A stretch of DNA of 63,303 nt, counting the filler, from Octopus bimaculoides (taxonomy: Eukaryota), in NCBI RefSeq assembly GCF_001194135.2. It is 9 parts of 9 records of this genome, joined end to end, with 100 filler letters (N's around TTAATTAATTAA, not from the genome) between each part and the next. Parts side by side here need not be neighbours in the genome. Positions count along the whole stretch, not along the records: positions 9,067 to 19,768 come from NC_069002.1; positions 19,869 to 27,866 come from NC_068996.1; 7 more parts are not named here. One strand, given 5' to 3'. This document shows, piece after piece, positions 11,532 through 25,619 of this stretch (position 1 is the stretch's first letter; each line of letters begins with the position of its first letter). Position numbers and translations under genes: made by a program. Below the pieces are notes generated by a model. That model was not told where the DNA came from. It did no database searches and saw only the letters and a program-made list of their open reading frames with translations.

Positions 11532-13239
11532 TTCACTGTCCATTTTTTCCTGTCTTGGTTTGTGTTTGCCACCTTGGAATCCTCTGTGTAGTTGGTTGAT
11601 CCACTACTCAGGAAGAGACTATTCTAGAGTACGTCCTGTCTGGTCTTCGAAACGTCTAGATAGAATAGAGACAGCTGATGAAGGGATATTCCAAGGGGCT
11701 TTCCGTTTTCCTATGTGTTCGTTCCGTTGTCTGTAGTTTATTGTTCTAACGTCCTGTACCCTGATATGCATGTATATACACATGTAGATNNNNNNNNNNN
11801 NNNNNNNNNNNNNNNNNNNNNNNNNNNNNNNNNNNNNNNNNNNNNNNNNNNNNNNNNNNNNNNNNNNNNNNNNNNNNNNNNNNNNNNNNNNNNNNNNNNN
11901 NNNNNNNNNNNNNNNNNNNNNNNNNNNNNNNNNNNNNNNNNNNNNNNNNNNNNNNNNNNNNNNNNNNNNNNNNNNNNNNNNNNNNNNNNNNNNNNNNNNN
12001 NNNNNNNNNNNNNNNNNNNNNNNNNNNNNNNNNNNNNNNNNNNNNNNNNNNNNNNNNNNNNNNNNNNNNNNNNNNNNNNNNNNNNNNNNNNNNNNNNNNN
12101 NNNNNNNNNNNNNNNNNNNNNNNNNNNNNNNNNNNNNNNNNNNNNNNNNNNNNNNNNNNNNNNNNNNNNNNNNNNNNNNNNNNNNNNNNNNNNNNNNNNN
12201 NNNNNNNNNNNNNNNNNNNNNNNNNNNNNNNNNNNNNNNNNNNNNNNNNNNNNNNNNNNNNNNNNNNNNNNNNNNNNNNNNNNNNNNNNNNNNNNNNNNN
12301 NNNNNNNNNNNNNNNNNNNNNNNNNNNNNNNNNNNNNNNNNNNNNNNNNNNNNNNNNNNNNNNNNNNNNNNNNNNNNNNNNNNNNNNNNNNNNNNNNNNN
12401 NNNNNNNNNNNNNNNNNNNNNNNNNNNNNNNNNNNNNNNNNNNNNNNNNNNNNNNNNNNNNNNNNNNNNNNNNATATACACACAAATATAAATACATATA
12501 TATATGCATATATTCCTCTTCCGTTCTATACATATACTGACATATATACACATATACTCACAATATTTAATTTATTTTCTCATTTCATTAACATCTCATT
12601 TCATCTCCTTGATTCCATTAGAAACGATACCATGAAATACCTGCCAGGGCCTGGCTCCAAATTCTTCCATTTACCAAGAGTTCCTTTCCACCTAATGACT
12701 CATGTCAAATTGTAAAACAATACCAAACATGATGAGGTGCCATTATTGCACGAAATTTACCGAAATGTCATTGAGACTTCCGGTCTTTTATTCGATACAA
12801 ACAGACATAAATATACATACATACATACACACATATATACATATATACAAACAAACATACACACATATATAGATTTATATGCATATATATATAGGAGTGT
12901 ATACACACACATGAAAAATCCATTAAAATAACTCCTTCGACTAATGAATGTAATCTTTTTAATTATATAGATGATACTCCTGCATGTGTATGCGTGTGTA
13001 TTCGTGTGTATGCGTGTGTATGTGTATGCATATGCGAATAAGGGGGTAAAGGTATTTATAAGTATGCATCTGTATGTGTAGATGAGTGCTAGCGTGATAT
13101 ATATCTACTACACATGCGCATACACATATACATAATATGTGTACCTATATATATATATATATAAAATGTGTATATGCATACATTCATATATACATACATA
13201 TGTATACATGTATATATGTACTTTACTTTTTGTCCTTTC

Positions 13240-13875
13240 TGAGTCGATAAAATAAAGTACCAGTCAAGTACTGGGATCGATGTAATCGACTAACACCCCC
13301 AACTCACGAAATTGCTGGCTTTGTGCCAAAATTTGAAACCTTTATTGTTATTATTAGTGAAAGAGCAGAATTGTGAATACGTCGAACAAAATGTTTAGCA
13401 GCATTTCTTCCGGCTTTACAAGCTGAGTTCTAAATCCGCCGAGGTGGACTTTACCTTTTCTCTTTTTGAAGTGGATGAAATAAGTTCCTGTTGAGCACTG
13501 GAGGTCGAGGCGATCGACGAACCCACTCCTCTCAAAAAATTGCTGGCCTCAGGCCAAAACTAGAAAGAAACATGTTAAATGCTTCTGTTCCATAGTTAAG
13601 TTTGTTTAAAGCCTAACCCCAACCCCCTTCCATGAGGAATAATAATAATAATAATAATAATAATATTGGTTTCCAATTTTGGTACAAGGTTAGTAATTTC
13701 GAGAGGGGTAAAGTCGATTACATCGACCCCAGTACTCCACAAGTGCATATTTTAACGATTCTGAAAGGATAAAAGACAAATACAACCCTTATGGGATTTG
13801 AACTCAGAACGTGAAAACGGACGGAATGCCGCAAAGCATTTTGTCCGGCGTGCTAACGATTCTGCCAGCTTGCCA
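13240..13875. mobile_element. Cluster of three S1 SINE copies (two +, one -)
   Basis: S1 motifs at about 13240-13345 (+), 13350-13565 (+) and 13665-13875 (-). Another minus copy at about 14415-14610. Confidence 0.8.
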
Positions 13876-14276
13876 TCTTCGGATTAAGAATAATATTTCA
13901 GTTTCTGATATAAATACGGACACAAATTTTCGGGTAAGTGTAGAATACATTATATGTACCCCATTAGATGACTGGTATCTCATTTCATTGATTTCAGAAT
14001 GAAAAAAAAAAAAAGGCATTTTGATCGACATTCTTGCAGATTCTGACAAGCCGCTTCTATCATCCGGAAAATATTAATTATGGATAATTGTTAAATAAGG
14101 GAAAGAAATTAATTAGGGGTTGTAATTAATTTAATGAAAGTGTAGTCATTTAATTATGACATCGTTGTTATTAATTTTAATGAGACTAAAGCAATAATTA
14201 AGCATTAGTTAAGTTAATCTACCAACATGTATTATTACTGATGTCACACATGCATCCTATATGGATGTGTATTAAT

Positions 14277-14379
<103 letters not shown>

Positions 14380-15368
14380 CTTACATATATCATGCATCTA
14401 CATTTCTACTTCAGGCACAAGGCCCGAAATTATGGGGGAGAGAGCCAGTCGATTAGATCGACCCCAGTACTCAACTGGTGATTAATTTATTGACCCCGAA
14501 AGGATGAAAGGCAAAGTCGACCTCGGCGGAATTTGAACTCAAAACGTAGCGACAAGCGAAATACCGCTAAGCATTTCGCCCGGCGTGCTAATGTTTCTGC
14601 CAGCTCAACGCCTTATACATCATGCATATACAGCGAAGGCGCGTGGCTTAATAATTAGGGTATTTAGCTCATGGTCGTAAGGTCGTGAGTTCAATTTCCG
14701 GCGACGCGTTGAGTCCTTGAGCAAGACACGTTATTTCACGTTGCTCCAGTCCACTCAGCTGGCAAAAATGAGTCTTTCGAAGGGCCAGTTTTATCACACT
14801 CTCTGTCTTGTTGAATCTCCTTAAGAACTACGTTAAGTGTACGTGTGTCTGTGGAGTGCTCAGCCACTTAGAAGCCAATATCACGAGCAGGCTGTTCCGT
14901 TGATCGGATCGGCTGGAACCTTACCCTCGTCGTCGTAACTGACGGAATGCAATATATATATATATTCTGTAGGAATCCAAAAATGTTACAAGTCTTCAAG
15001 TTGTATAAAAACAAGTGACAAACAGTCATTCGACAGGTATAGACGTAATCCCCCCTTGTCAGTTGCTGGTGCTACCTTAGCAAAAATATACCAGATCTTT
15101 GCATTCACTTATCATACTTGTAACGATCTTCTGCCAGAAAGCCAATACCGCGTCCATTATCCAAAGAGTCAATACTTAAAAGGATGCTCGCGGTACGAAC
15201 CATCTAAAAGACGCGTAGAACGTAGGAGCAGGCACTGAATATATTTGTTATTGGTCTCCCGACAAGCATTTCATATGAAGTGTGTTGGTTGATTGCGGGC
15301 AATCCTTGATAAATATGCTTGTCACCATTTGCTTGTGCAGATAATGTTCCAGTTTCACGATGGTGCAC

Positions 15369-15408
<40 letters not shown>

Positions 15409-15551
15409 GTGCGTGTATGTATGTATGTTTGTATGTATGTATATATGTATGCGTAGAGAGAGAAAGAGTGAGAGAGAGATAGTAACGTACATCAACGCAA
15501 GCTTATATATATAAGTACATACGTATATACATATATATATACGTTATTATA

Positions 15552-15615
<64 letters not shown>

Positions 15616-16206
15616 TGTATATGTATTATGCCTATGCATACATTTGTGCGTGTATGTGCATATGCATATACGCATGTATGCGTATATATATATGTGTGTG
15701 TATATGTATATGCATGTATATATGTATTCATGTGTGTGTATGTACGCCTCTCCTTATGTATGTTTCAATTAGTTTAATCTCCTAACAAGATGTCATTAAT
15801 ATTCGTTGATTCTAGATGTAATTAATAAGCCTAATTATAAGTGTTATTCCGACTGATATAATTAGCTGAAATCTGTTAATTAAGTATTAACATTCCGCTC
15901 AAACCAATAAAACCTTGCACAGTCACAAGACCTTCCTCGAAACAGTAGCAATATCTTCCTACGAATTTACTCTTTGTGTCAGGAAGACATAGAAATCTTT
16001 AGTGACTACTGGAAGCGTGATGTCAGAGAATAAATGGTTGGGTCATGTTTGGAATACCGATAATATACCTAGGTCTTCACAGTCAGGGATCCTCTGGTAC
16101 GAAACGACGAGAAGAAATTAATTAAACTGTTTTATCCCTGCATTTATATATGTGTATGAAATCAACTCGTACAGACACACACACAGACACACACACATAC
16201 ACACAT

Positions 16207-16237
<31 letters not shown>

Positions 16238-16491
16238 CTCGCACACATATACAGACACACACACACTTGAGGCATGCCAGTATATATTAAAGAAAATTGT
16301 ACGATGAGCATCATATAGATATATATGTATGTGGGTAACTATATAATATATATACATATTAATACAGATATATAATGTATATATTAATATATATATATAC
16401 GTATATATATGTACACATCTATGCATATATATATATTTATATATATATGTGTGCGTGTGTGCGTGTGCGTGTGTATACATACATACATGCA

Positions 16492-16522
<31 letters not shown>

Positions 16523-17351
16523 GAATGTACATATACATATATATGTACATTGACACTCAGACACGCACACACATGCGCATGTTACACTTTCAAATGCACA
16601 CAACACATTCCCATACAGGATACATATACATACACACACAGATATATATAAATATATATATATATATATGTGTGTGTCTGTCTGTCTGCGTGTGTGTGTA
16701 TGTGTATGCGTATGTATATACGTTTATATGTATGTACGTATGTACCACAATCTAATGAAGTTCCGCTTTAATCTAGATACAATTTATAACGTACATTAAG
16801 ATTACATTTCTAATTCAATTTCGTTCTGAATAGATTTATTATATTATATTATATTATAGTATATTACATTATATTATATCATATTATATTATATTATACT
16901 ATATTACATTTCATTATATGATATTGCACTATATTANNNNNNNNNNNNNNNNNNNNNNNNNNNNNNNNNNNNNNNNNNNNNNNNNNNNNNNNNNNNNNNN
17001 NNNNNNNNNNNNNNNNNNNNNNNNNNNNNNNNNNNNNNNNNNNNNNNNNNNNNNNNNNNNNNNNNNNNNNNNNNNNNNNNNNNNNNNNNNNNNNNNNNNN
17101 NNNNNNNNNNNNNNNNNNNNNNNNNNNNNNNNNNNNNNNNNNNNNNNNNNNNNNNNNNNNNNNNNNNNNNNNNNNNNNNNNNNNNNNNNNNNNNNNNNNN
17201 NNNNNNNNNNNNNNNNNNNNNNNNNNNNNNNNNNNNNNNNNNNNNNNNNNNNNNNNNNNNNNNNNNNNNNNNNNNNNNNNNNNNNNNNNNNNNNNNNNNN
17301 NNNNNNNNNNNNNNNNNNNNNNNNNNNNNNNNNNNNNNNNNNNNNNNNNNN

Positions 17352-17383
<32 letters not shown>

Positions 17384-19264
17384 TGACAGATATAAATTTG
17401 TAACAGATAATATGAAACGAAATAATTATTATACAAAAAGCACGCAGTTAATGTTTCTGAATTAATGAGCGGTAAATTATAATCGGATGTAATTAATTTA
17501 ATTAACGTGTAATATTTAATTAGTAACGACGATTACAGAAAAATGATTTTTTTTCTCTCTCTGTCTCTCTCTCTTTCTTTCTCTATTTTTCTGTTTTCCA
17601 TTTATCTTTCAACACATTCCTTCGTTTTTGATATTAATATTTCATCTGTCATTAATTCTAATTATCGATTTCATTATTACAGATTTTCTCCTTATAACAG
17701 ATTATTCGATCATGCTTCTTCCCAACACCCCCCACCCCTCTCCGCCTCAGCACCGTAGCCATCTTGAATATCGTATTTTCTTTTTCTTTGTATCATCATT
17801 TCCGGTTTTATTTTATTTTATATATATTATTTCTTTTTATGTTTTCATTATATTTTTATTATCTGTTATATTTTTCCTTCTTTATATTTTATGTTTTATA
17901 TATTTATACATTCTATATTTTTATTATTATATTTTCGTTTATTCATTTTCATCTCTTATCGTCACTTCCGCTTCTTAACTTTTATCAATACTTCCGCTTT
18001 GCGCGTTCTTATCAGCACTTCCGTTTCTAGCCTCTTATCGTCACAATTCTCCCCTCTCGTCTTTTATTCTCTCATCGCCGCATTTACTGCTTTCTATTAT
18101 CGCTTCTATTATCGTTTTATTATTACTCTATCGTGCATTATAACACTCTATTATTCCATCTGCGATTTACCATTCCTTTCTACATTTTTTTTTTCCTTTT
18201 TGTCTTCAATCATTTTCGTTTATTATTGCAGCCATCGCCACTTTTAGCCGTTATCTTCCTTTCATTGTATCATATCTCTCCCCCCCCCTCTCTCTCTCTC
18301 TCTCTCTCTNNNNNNNNNNNNNNNNNNNNNNNNNNNNNNNNNNNNNNNNNNNNNNNNNNNNNNNNNNNNNNNNNNNNNNNNNNNNNNNNNNNNNNNNNNN
18401 NNNNNNNNNNNNNNNNNNNNNNNNNNNNNNNNNNNNNNNNNNNNNNNNNNNNNNNNNNNNNNNNNNNNNNNNNNNNNNNNNNNNNNNNNNNNNNNNNNNN
18501 NNNNNNNNNNNNNNNNNNNNNNNNNNNNNNNNNNNNNNNNNNNNNNNNNNNNNNNNNNNNNNNNNNNNNNNNNNNNNNNNNNNNNNNNNNNNNNNNNNNN
18601 NNNNNNNNNNNNNNNNNNNNNNNNNNNNNNNNNNNNNNNNNNNNNNNNNNNNNNNNNNNNNNNNNNNNNNNNNNNNNNNNNNNNNNNNNNNNNNNNNNNN
18701 NNNNNNNNNNNNNNNNNNNNNNNNNNNNNNNNNNNNNNNNNNNNNNNNNNNNNNNNNNNNNNNNNNNNNNNNNNNNNNNNNNNNNNNNNNNNNNNNNNNN
18801 NNNNNNNNNNNNNNNNNNNNNNNNNNNNNNNNNNNNNNNNNNNNNNNNNNNNNNNNNNNNNNNNNNNNNNNNNNNNNNNNNNNNNNNNNNNNNNNNNNNN
18901 NNNNNNNNNNNNNNNNNNNNNNNNNNNNNNNNNNNNNNNNNNNNNNNNNTGTGTGTGTGTGTGTGTGTGTGTATGTGTGTGTGTGTGCGTGTGTGTGTGT
19001 GCGCGAGTGCGTGTGTGCATCTATGTGTGTGTGTTTGTTTGTGTGACCAGAATGCCTTGCGGTATTCGTTTCGGCTCACAGCAATCAAATTTCTCAGAGG
19101 TGAGCTTTACCAATTCTGCTTTCAGGGCCTATATTTAATCCAGCACTAAGATCGATTGTTCAGCAGCAGCATCATTATAATCATCATCATCATCATCATC
19201 ATCATCCTCATCATCATCATTGTCATTGTCGTCATCATCATCGCCATCACCATCGTCTTCATCT

Positions 19265-19299
<35 letters not shown>

Positions 19300-19868
19300 T
19301 TTCCCCCTCACTTTCTTCCCCATCCCCGTCTCTATCTGTTCTGGTTTCCTTTTGTTTTTTAATTTGCCATTTCCATATTTTCTTATATTTTTTACCGTTC
19401 TTGTGGAACAAGGGATTTCCTACATTCATATTCAACTTTTCCAGAATTTCACATTCTTATTTTCAAGAATTGATATATATACTTGGCGCTAGTGTTATTT
19501 CTTATGTACTGGTGGAATACATGTAGATTTCCCGACAAAGAATTTCTTAATCGTTGTCCTATATATAAATAGATATTCTTTTTTTGTTTTTTGGAACGGT
19601 AAATCACGAAGTAGATAAATGCATAAAAAAATAATCGCGTGTAAATACGGAGGAACAATAATCTCTTTGGCTGGAAAAATGTCGAAGGCTACCAATCAAT
19701 AAATTCATGTGTGCGTGTGTGTGGCATCTAGGTCAGCAAATATCAATCCATAGGTGTGTGTATATATANNNNNNNNNNNNNNNNNNNNNNNNNNNNNNNN
19801 NNNNNNNNNNNNTTAATTAATTAANNNNNNNNNNNNNNNNNNNNNNNNNNNNNNNNNNNNNNNNNNNN

Positions 19869-19981
19869 CCTCATTGACCACCAGATAAGGGATCGGGGGA
19901 CCCTGTCAAAGGCTTTCTCCATGTCAACGAAAGCCAGGTACAGAGGTTTATCCTTAGCTAGGTATTTCTCCTGCAACTGTC

Positions 19982-19985
<4 letters not shown>
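19869..19985 (-). mobile_element. RTE-clade LINE reverse transcriptase fragment
   Basis: RQLQEKYLAKDKPLYLAFVDMEKAFDRVPRSLIWWSMR. Confidence 0.9.
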
Positions 19986-20042
<57 letters not shown>

Positions 20043-20737
20043 AGGCACATACTTGGTGCTTTTGAGGACTTGATTGATTGTGATAAATGAACAGAGAGAA
20101 TGTGGAGAAGTTAGTATCCTTGATATATACAGTGATTGTGTGGTTGTTTTGAAAGAAACAAGTTAGTGATTTTCAATTTGTAGACAGTTCTCATGGTTAC
20201 TATTAATTGAAACGGTGTATGTCTGAAGTAGTCTGTTCATGGATGATGCCTGTATGTGGGAGGTTAAATAGAATTAAAGAGAGTTTTTTTTTTTTTGTTG
20301 CTGTTGTACACAAGGGTAAAAGTTCATGACATTTTTTGTCAATGGAATGTCTTACTCTATTGTCAATGTTAATGCTTTGTCCATATGAATATTTTACATA
20401 CAATGAAAGTGGCTGTGTTGGAATGTATTAGTAAAACTTATATTATGTAGTAAAATCAATAAAAACAAGTAAAGTGAACTTGTCATGAGGAGAGGAAGAT
20501 CGAAAGTTTTGGGCAGAATGAAAAAAAACTGGCTGCAAAAAACTGATAAAGAATGCATGAACACATGGTTTCATATATGAACAAGATCTGGAAACAGTGG
20601 GAGAAATAAGAACGAAAGAATAATGGAATGAGAAGAAGCAGACAAAATCAAGAGTGAGGTGAAGGGAAAAGATGAGGTAATAGAAGAAATGGTTTAATGA
20701 ACTAAAAGGAGGTGTAAAAGAAAGTAAAAACACCCAT

Positions 20738-21150
20738 TTAACCCTTTAGTATTCAGATTACTCTGTCCAGTGTAAAGTTTATTTATTCACATTGATTTGA
20801 ATTAACCCTCTTGGGACATCCAGATCAACTGATCAGCCCAAGTGATACAAGGTGAAAGGACTTTGAGGCCAATCCATTAGCCTGATAGAACAAATCTTGT
20901 GAATGATTGGTTTTGAAGTATAATAGCTAATTAAAGATTGTCTTTCAGTAAATGTATCTCAATAGAAAAAAATATTCAGTCTTTTTGGCTATACACACCT
21001 AAACATCATGTGTTTCAAAAGGGTTAATCAAGCATTATTTTGTAGCTTTGAAATTTCAATGACATGAGTGTTTATTTTCAGAATAATATTGTAGAGTAAG
21101 TGTGAGAAGCCAGATCTGCAGTTTGAACATAAAGCAGGTAGAATATTTTG
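20738..21150. mobile_element. Nested piggyBac-type MITEs
   Basis: Outer element starts TTAA-CCCTTTAG (20738). The inner element 20806-21023 is bounded by TTAA on both sides, with CCCT..AGGG ends (CCCTCTTGGGAC vs reverse complement CCCTTTTGAAAC). Confidence 0.65.
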
Positions 21151-21560
21151 GTCAAGCCTGCCAGTGACATGATGCCAAGTTTGTATGTCAAATATTGGTC
21201 CTTCCATTTTCTTGAGAATGCTGATCTATGGTATGCAGCATGCTGCACACTGGCAGGTGTGATGGTATGGCCTGTAGTGTTAAAGTGGGTGGTGACAGAT
21301 TGACTCGGCATATGTAGTAGTATGCTTCGAATGTGCCTCCAGAAGCAATCAGCAAGGTGTCAGCCTGTTTCTCCAATGTACAGGGTACTGTAAAGTTAGC
21401 ATGTGATACCATATATAAGGTTAGACGATGTGCAATAGAATTTCTGAGTTATGTAACATTGTGTATTGTATCACTAATGTAGAAGTGGATATCCCATCAT
21501 CAGTGAGAACATTTGAAAGTGCCTGACTGTGTGGGGTTGGGCCCAGTGAAGCCTCAGTTT
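21150..21560 (-). mobile_element. Penelope-like element GIY-YIG endonuclease, decayed
   Basis: QKFYCTSSNLIYGITC*LYSTLYIGETG*HLADCFWRHIRSI..VTTHFNTTGHTI..RKWKDQYLTYKLG. Confidence 0.9.
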
Positions 21561-21609
21561 CCAAGGTTTCTATCTTTTTTTAAGGTGAGGAGAGGTGGTA
21601 TATCTAATA

Positions 21610-21810
21610 TATAGATATACTTGATCGCTAAATCCACAAGGCTTTTTATTCTCTCTCTGTTTATTTTCTCTTATTCCTTTCTGTTGAAGAGCGTAGGCTC
21701 GAAACATAAAAGACATTCTCACTTTCCCGAGTGTCAAACTAATACACCTGCTTGTTGTTCATACACCTGTCTTCGTCTTGTTTTTTTGTAAATTTCAACT
21801 AAATATATAT
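21610..21810 (+). mobile_element. Penelope pLTR-like short repeat with degenerate hammerhead-like core
   Basis: CCUUU-CUGUUGA-A-GAGC-GUAG-GCUC-GAAACAUA-AAAG at 21676-21712. Second copy of the repeat at about 34945-35110. Confidence 0.55.
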
Positions 21811-21859
21811 AAAGGGTTATGTTAAACATCCAATTCAATAGGATCTCTCTATATTTAAT

Positions 21860-21899
<40 letters not shown>

Positions 21900-21909
21900 C
21901 AATTGATTA

Positions 21910-22575
21910 GAAATAGAATTAAACTAGATGAGATGCAGTTTGGTTCTGTACCTGGGAAGAGTACCACAAATGCCATCTTCAAAGTGAAATAGCTACAGTA
22001 AATGTACTTGGCCAAAAGTAAGCCATTGTACTTAGCCTTTGTCAACCTGGAGAAAGCTTTCAACAGAGTTTCCCGTTGTTATATGGTGGTCTCTAAGGAT
22101 GTTAGGAGTAGTGGAGTGGCTTGTTAGAGCTGTACAAGACATGTACAGTGGTGCTGTTGGTAAGGTGAGAGTCACCCATGAATACAGTGATGAATTTAGC
22201 ATACACGCAGGGGTTCACGATGACTCAGTTCTCAGCCAACTCTTATTCATTATAGTTCTCAGAGAAATTCGAAACTGGATGTTTATGGGAACTGCTATAT
22301 GCTGATGTCCTTATTCTCATTACAGAATCTTTTAAAGAATTGGAGAAGAAATTCCAGGTATGGAAACAAAACCTGGAATCAAAGGGGTTAAAGTTAACCT
22401 AGCTGAGACAAAAGTTATTGTTTTTAAGAAAGAAGAAAAAAACTCTCTTGCCATCAGGTAAATGGCCCTGTTCAGTATGTAGGAAAGGAGTTGTAAGAAA
22501 TTCCATTCACTGCACCCAGTGTAAACTATGGCCACATAAGAGGTGCAGTGGAGTCACAGGTAGATTAACAGATAA
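21910..22575 (+). mobile_element. RTE-clade LINE RT plus Cys-rich segment, decayed
   Basis: LDEMQFG..KPLYLAFVNLEKAF..WWSLRMLGVVEWLVRAVQDMY..ELLYADVL..KWPCSVCRKGVVRNSIHCTQCKLWPHKRCSG, with stops and frameshifts. Confidence 0.9.
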
Positions 22576-22589
22576 AGTAGTCTGTATTT

Positions 22590-22830
22590 CAATAAGTATA
22601 ACGTAAAAGTTAATTGTAGTTGCTTGGAATACATCAAATCCCAAATATCTCGCTATCATTTAAGATATAAAAATAGAAACATTTCAAACCAATTACCAGA
22701 ATGGAATTGTTGAAATATCTACCTACATCATAGCAAAAGTCTCACAAAAGAACTTGTATACAGAGCTAAATTAATATCTTCAACTGCAATGGGGAAAAAA
22801 TACATAGGAATTACAGAAAATATATCAGTT
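22590..22830 (+). mobile_element. Penelope-like fragment (linker and GIY-YIG start)
   Basis: NVKVNCSCLEYIKSQISR and TKELVYRAKLIS..KKYIGITEN resemble KVSYSC..IKS.IS and VYKA..YIG.TE. A related minus-strand piece at about 50480-50800 reads LTKHFPEDSKCYRIFNKH. Confidence 0.55.
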
Positions 22831-23482
22831 GATCCAAACATACATAGCATTATCACATGGTTGGTTTAAAGCCCAAGTTCACTGGGGTCTTTTTATCTGC
22901 AGAGATAATGGTATCTGGTCTAGACAGTGTATGTAGCACATAAGTCCTCCAAGTATACCTTACTGCAAATCAGAGTTATGGATGAACTCAGTTCACCATC
23001 AATAACATTATATAATATCACCTCACTCTCATAAATCAGTTCCCTTCATTTTGCAATGGCAATCCTATTCATTGATTGATGGGCAGGATGCTATTGCATG
23101 TCTGCTTATAATGCATTTGATTAGATTGTATTCATTTCAAAATTAACTCCCCTCTTCTGGCATGCTTCAATAGGTTCCATTGAACCTTGTGGCGTGCAAC
23201 CAATCAAAGCATTTACTGATGAATTGATATTATTTCTTTCTTTTTCTTTCTTTCTTCTTCTTGTTCCTCTTTTTTCTTCTTGTTTTTGTTTTCCTTTCTT
23301 CACTCATGCTTGTTTTCTTCGGTTTGGGATTTGTATGTCAATGCAGTTTTGTATTATACATGTATAATACATTAATCTGTTATATATGTAATTATTATCT
23401 TTGCCACATTTTCCAAAATATATAATTAGAAATTTGAAATTGAGAAGAAAAAAAATTAAATAATAAAATTAAAAATTAAATA

Positions 23483-23838
23483 GGTGCAGTCATGACTGTG
23501 GTAAGAAGCTTGTTTCCCAACCACATAGGGTTCAGTCCCACTGCGTGGCACCTTGGGCAAGTATCTTCTACTAAAGCCTTGGGTCGACCAAAGCCTTGTG
23601 AATAGATTTGGTAGACGGAAACTGAAAGAAGCCCATCATATACATATATGCATATATGTTTGTATCTGTGTTTGTCCCCCCACCACCACTTGACAACCGA
23701 TGCTGGTGTGTTTACGTCCCCTGTAACTTAGCAGTTCGGCAAAAAAGATCAATAGAATAAGTACTAGGCTTACAAAGAATAAGTCCTGGGGGAGATTTAT
23801 TCAGCTAAAGGCGGTGCTCCAGCATGGCCACAATCAAT
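23483..23838 (+). mobile_element. tRNA-derived SINE family S2, near full length with internal microsatellite
   Basis: Head ggtgcagtcatgactgtggtaagaagcttg..gggttcagtccc, body gaccaaagccttgtg..ggaaactgaaagaagccc, tail gacaaccgatgctggtgtgtttacgtccc..gctccagcatggcc. Other copies or halves at about 11340-11490, 29810-29995, 39903-40050, 40830-41030, 43466-43880, 59040-59250, 59930-60220, 60300-60642, 60762-60907. Confidence 0.85.
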
Positions 23839-25619
23839 GTCTTCCTGGGTCTACCTCTTCCACAAAGAATAATCCAAAAAAAACTACTATTAGATTTTTG
23901 TTTTGTTTTGTTTTCTCCAACTAAAAGGCAAATTTCAATTGTCAGAGCAAAGAATTTTGTAAGACATCTATAATTCCTAACTTTAGAATTCTCCAGGAAA
24001 ACTGCTCAGTCAATCTCCAATAGCTACCAGAGTATCTCTCTCCCACAAAATATTGTTGCAATATTCACCACTATGCTCATGTAGCAAGAGTGTACTTGAC
24101 TTTTTCCATGATCCTAGGCCTCCAAAGAATAGTTCAATATGTCCCCATACTTTTGTTCATTTGTTCATTTTTTCCTTTCATTCAATCAGCCATCTATCAA
24201 AGGATTACATAGATTGAATCTTTATTAAATCAACAGATAAGAAGTATAGGATATCAACAATTGTGGTCTATATACTTAGCTAAGTTATTTGATCAGAAAT
24301 CTACTTCCAGAGACTAAGACCGTAATCAAGAGAAGAAAACAATCAGATATAACACATAGTGGGCTCATTAAAGAGTAAAATTAAGATGAAATTAGTTTGA
24401 TAAGAATAATAGTTTAGCCTGAGAGCTAATTAGTAAACTCAAAGAGACTACTAGGAAAGACTTCACATTTGAAGTGCGAGTGGTAAGAATGTATCTCAAG
24501 CATTTCTTTGATGCAAAACATGAAAACAGCACTAAGCTAAAGTACATGCTCTTAGACACAGGGTAAATGAAAGATGTTTACTGAGCCTGGTTGGCAGAGA
24601 TGCAATCTAGACCATGGTGGGAGTGTTTTTAGTGGTCTCTTGACTATACTGGGGAAAATATTTGACTGCTGTTTTACCAGATCAAGCAACTATGTGAAGG
24701 TTACCTCATTTGGAGGTGGTGGTGGTGGTGGTGGTGGTNNNNNNNNNNNNNNNNNNNNNNNNNNNNNNNNNNNNNNNNNNNNNNNNNNNNNNNNNNNNNN
24801 NNNNNNNNNNNNNNNNNNNNNNNNNNNNNNNNNNNNNNNNNNNNNNNNNNNNNNNNNNNNNNNNNNNNNNNNNNNNNNNNNNNNNNNNNNNNNNNNNNNN
24901 NNNNNNNNNNNNNNAAAAAAAAAAAAAACTCAGAGGAATCCTGTTTTCAAAAACAGTGGAAGCAGTCAGAGAGAAGAAAGGCAAAATCACAAAGCAATAC
25001 ACTAGGAAAAGTTCAGTGTGTATGGGTACAGAGTGATGAAGTGAATCTGAAGCACATCACATAGAACAATCAACTTTCAATGTTGGAGTGATCAATCTGT
25101 ATTGAAGTAGATTCAGTTGGTATGCTGCTGTCACCATTAAATCTTAAGAGATAAGGAATTGATAAAAATGGGATGCAAAATTTTAAAAAGAAATCAAGAG
25201 GAATGCTGGAAGATGTTTTGTGTTGTTGTAGACTTGTTTCTCTCAGCTTATACTTGAAGACACAATCCTGTACTCCATCAGCTGGCAGAGGTTATTTACA
25301 AAGTGGTGCAAATGAGGAAGGATAAGGGACTACAACAGGCAAAAGGTATTAAATCTGTGAAGGGGCAAAATAAAAAAGAAGGGAAGACTGTAATCTCCCT
25401 TCACATATGTAGGATGTCAGCAGTGTTAGATGACTGAGAGAATGTTAGTGGATGAGGAAGGGAAGTAGGCAATGCTAACAGAAATGATGAACATGGTTTT
25501 GAGACCTGAATTAGTTCTTGTGCCAAAGGCAGTTCATTGTATATAGCCGTCATGAATTGACTGTGTTATGGGAGACAAGGATACAGGAAACAAGAGGAAG
25601 GAAAGCTGGAAAGTATACA

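Noticed and set aside
11635-11690. GAAACGUC followed by CUGAUGAAG as a permuted hammerhead
   Set aside because: Helix I and II partners do not pair convincingly; at best a scrambled remnant.
19051-19099. Plus-strand 49-nt segment ending in GAG|gtgagc
   Set aside because: The acceptor is a GT microsatellite, all frames are open, and there is no recognisable peptide or partner exon.
23121-23303. 60-aa ORF KKGKQKQEE..
   Set aside because: Half of it is a low-complexity purine tract; no homology recognised.
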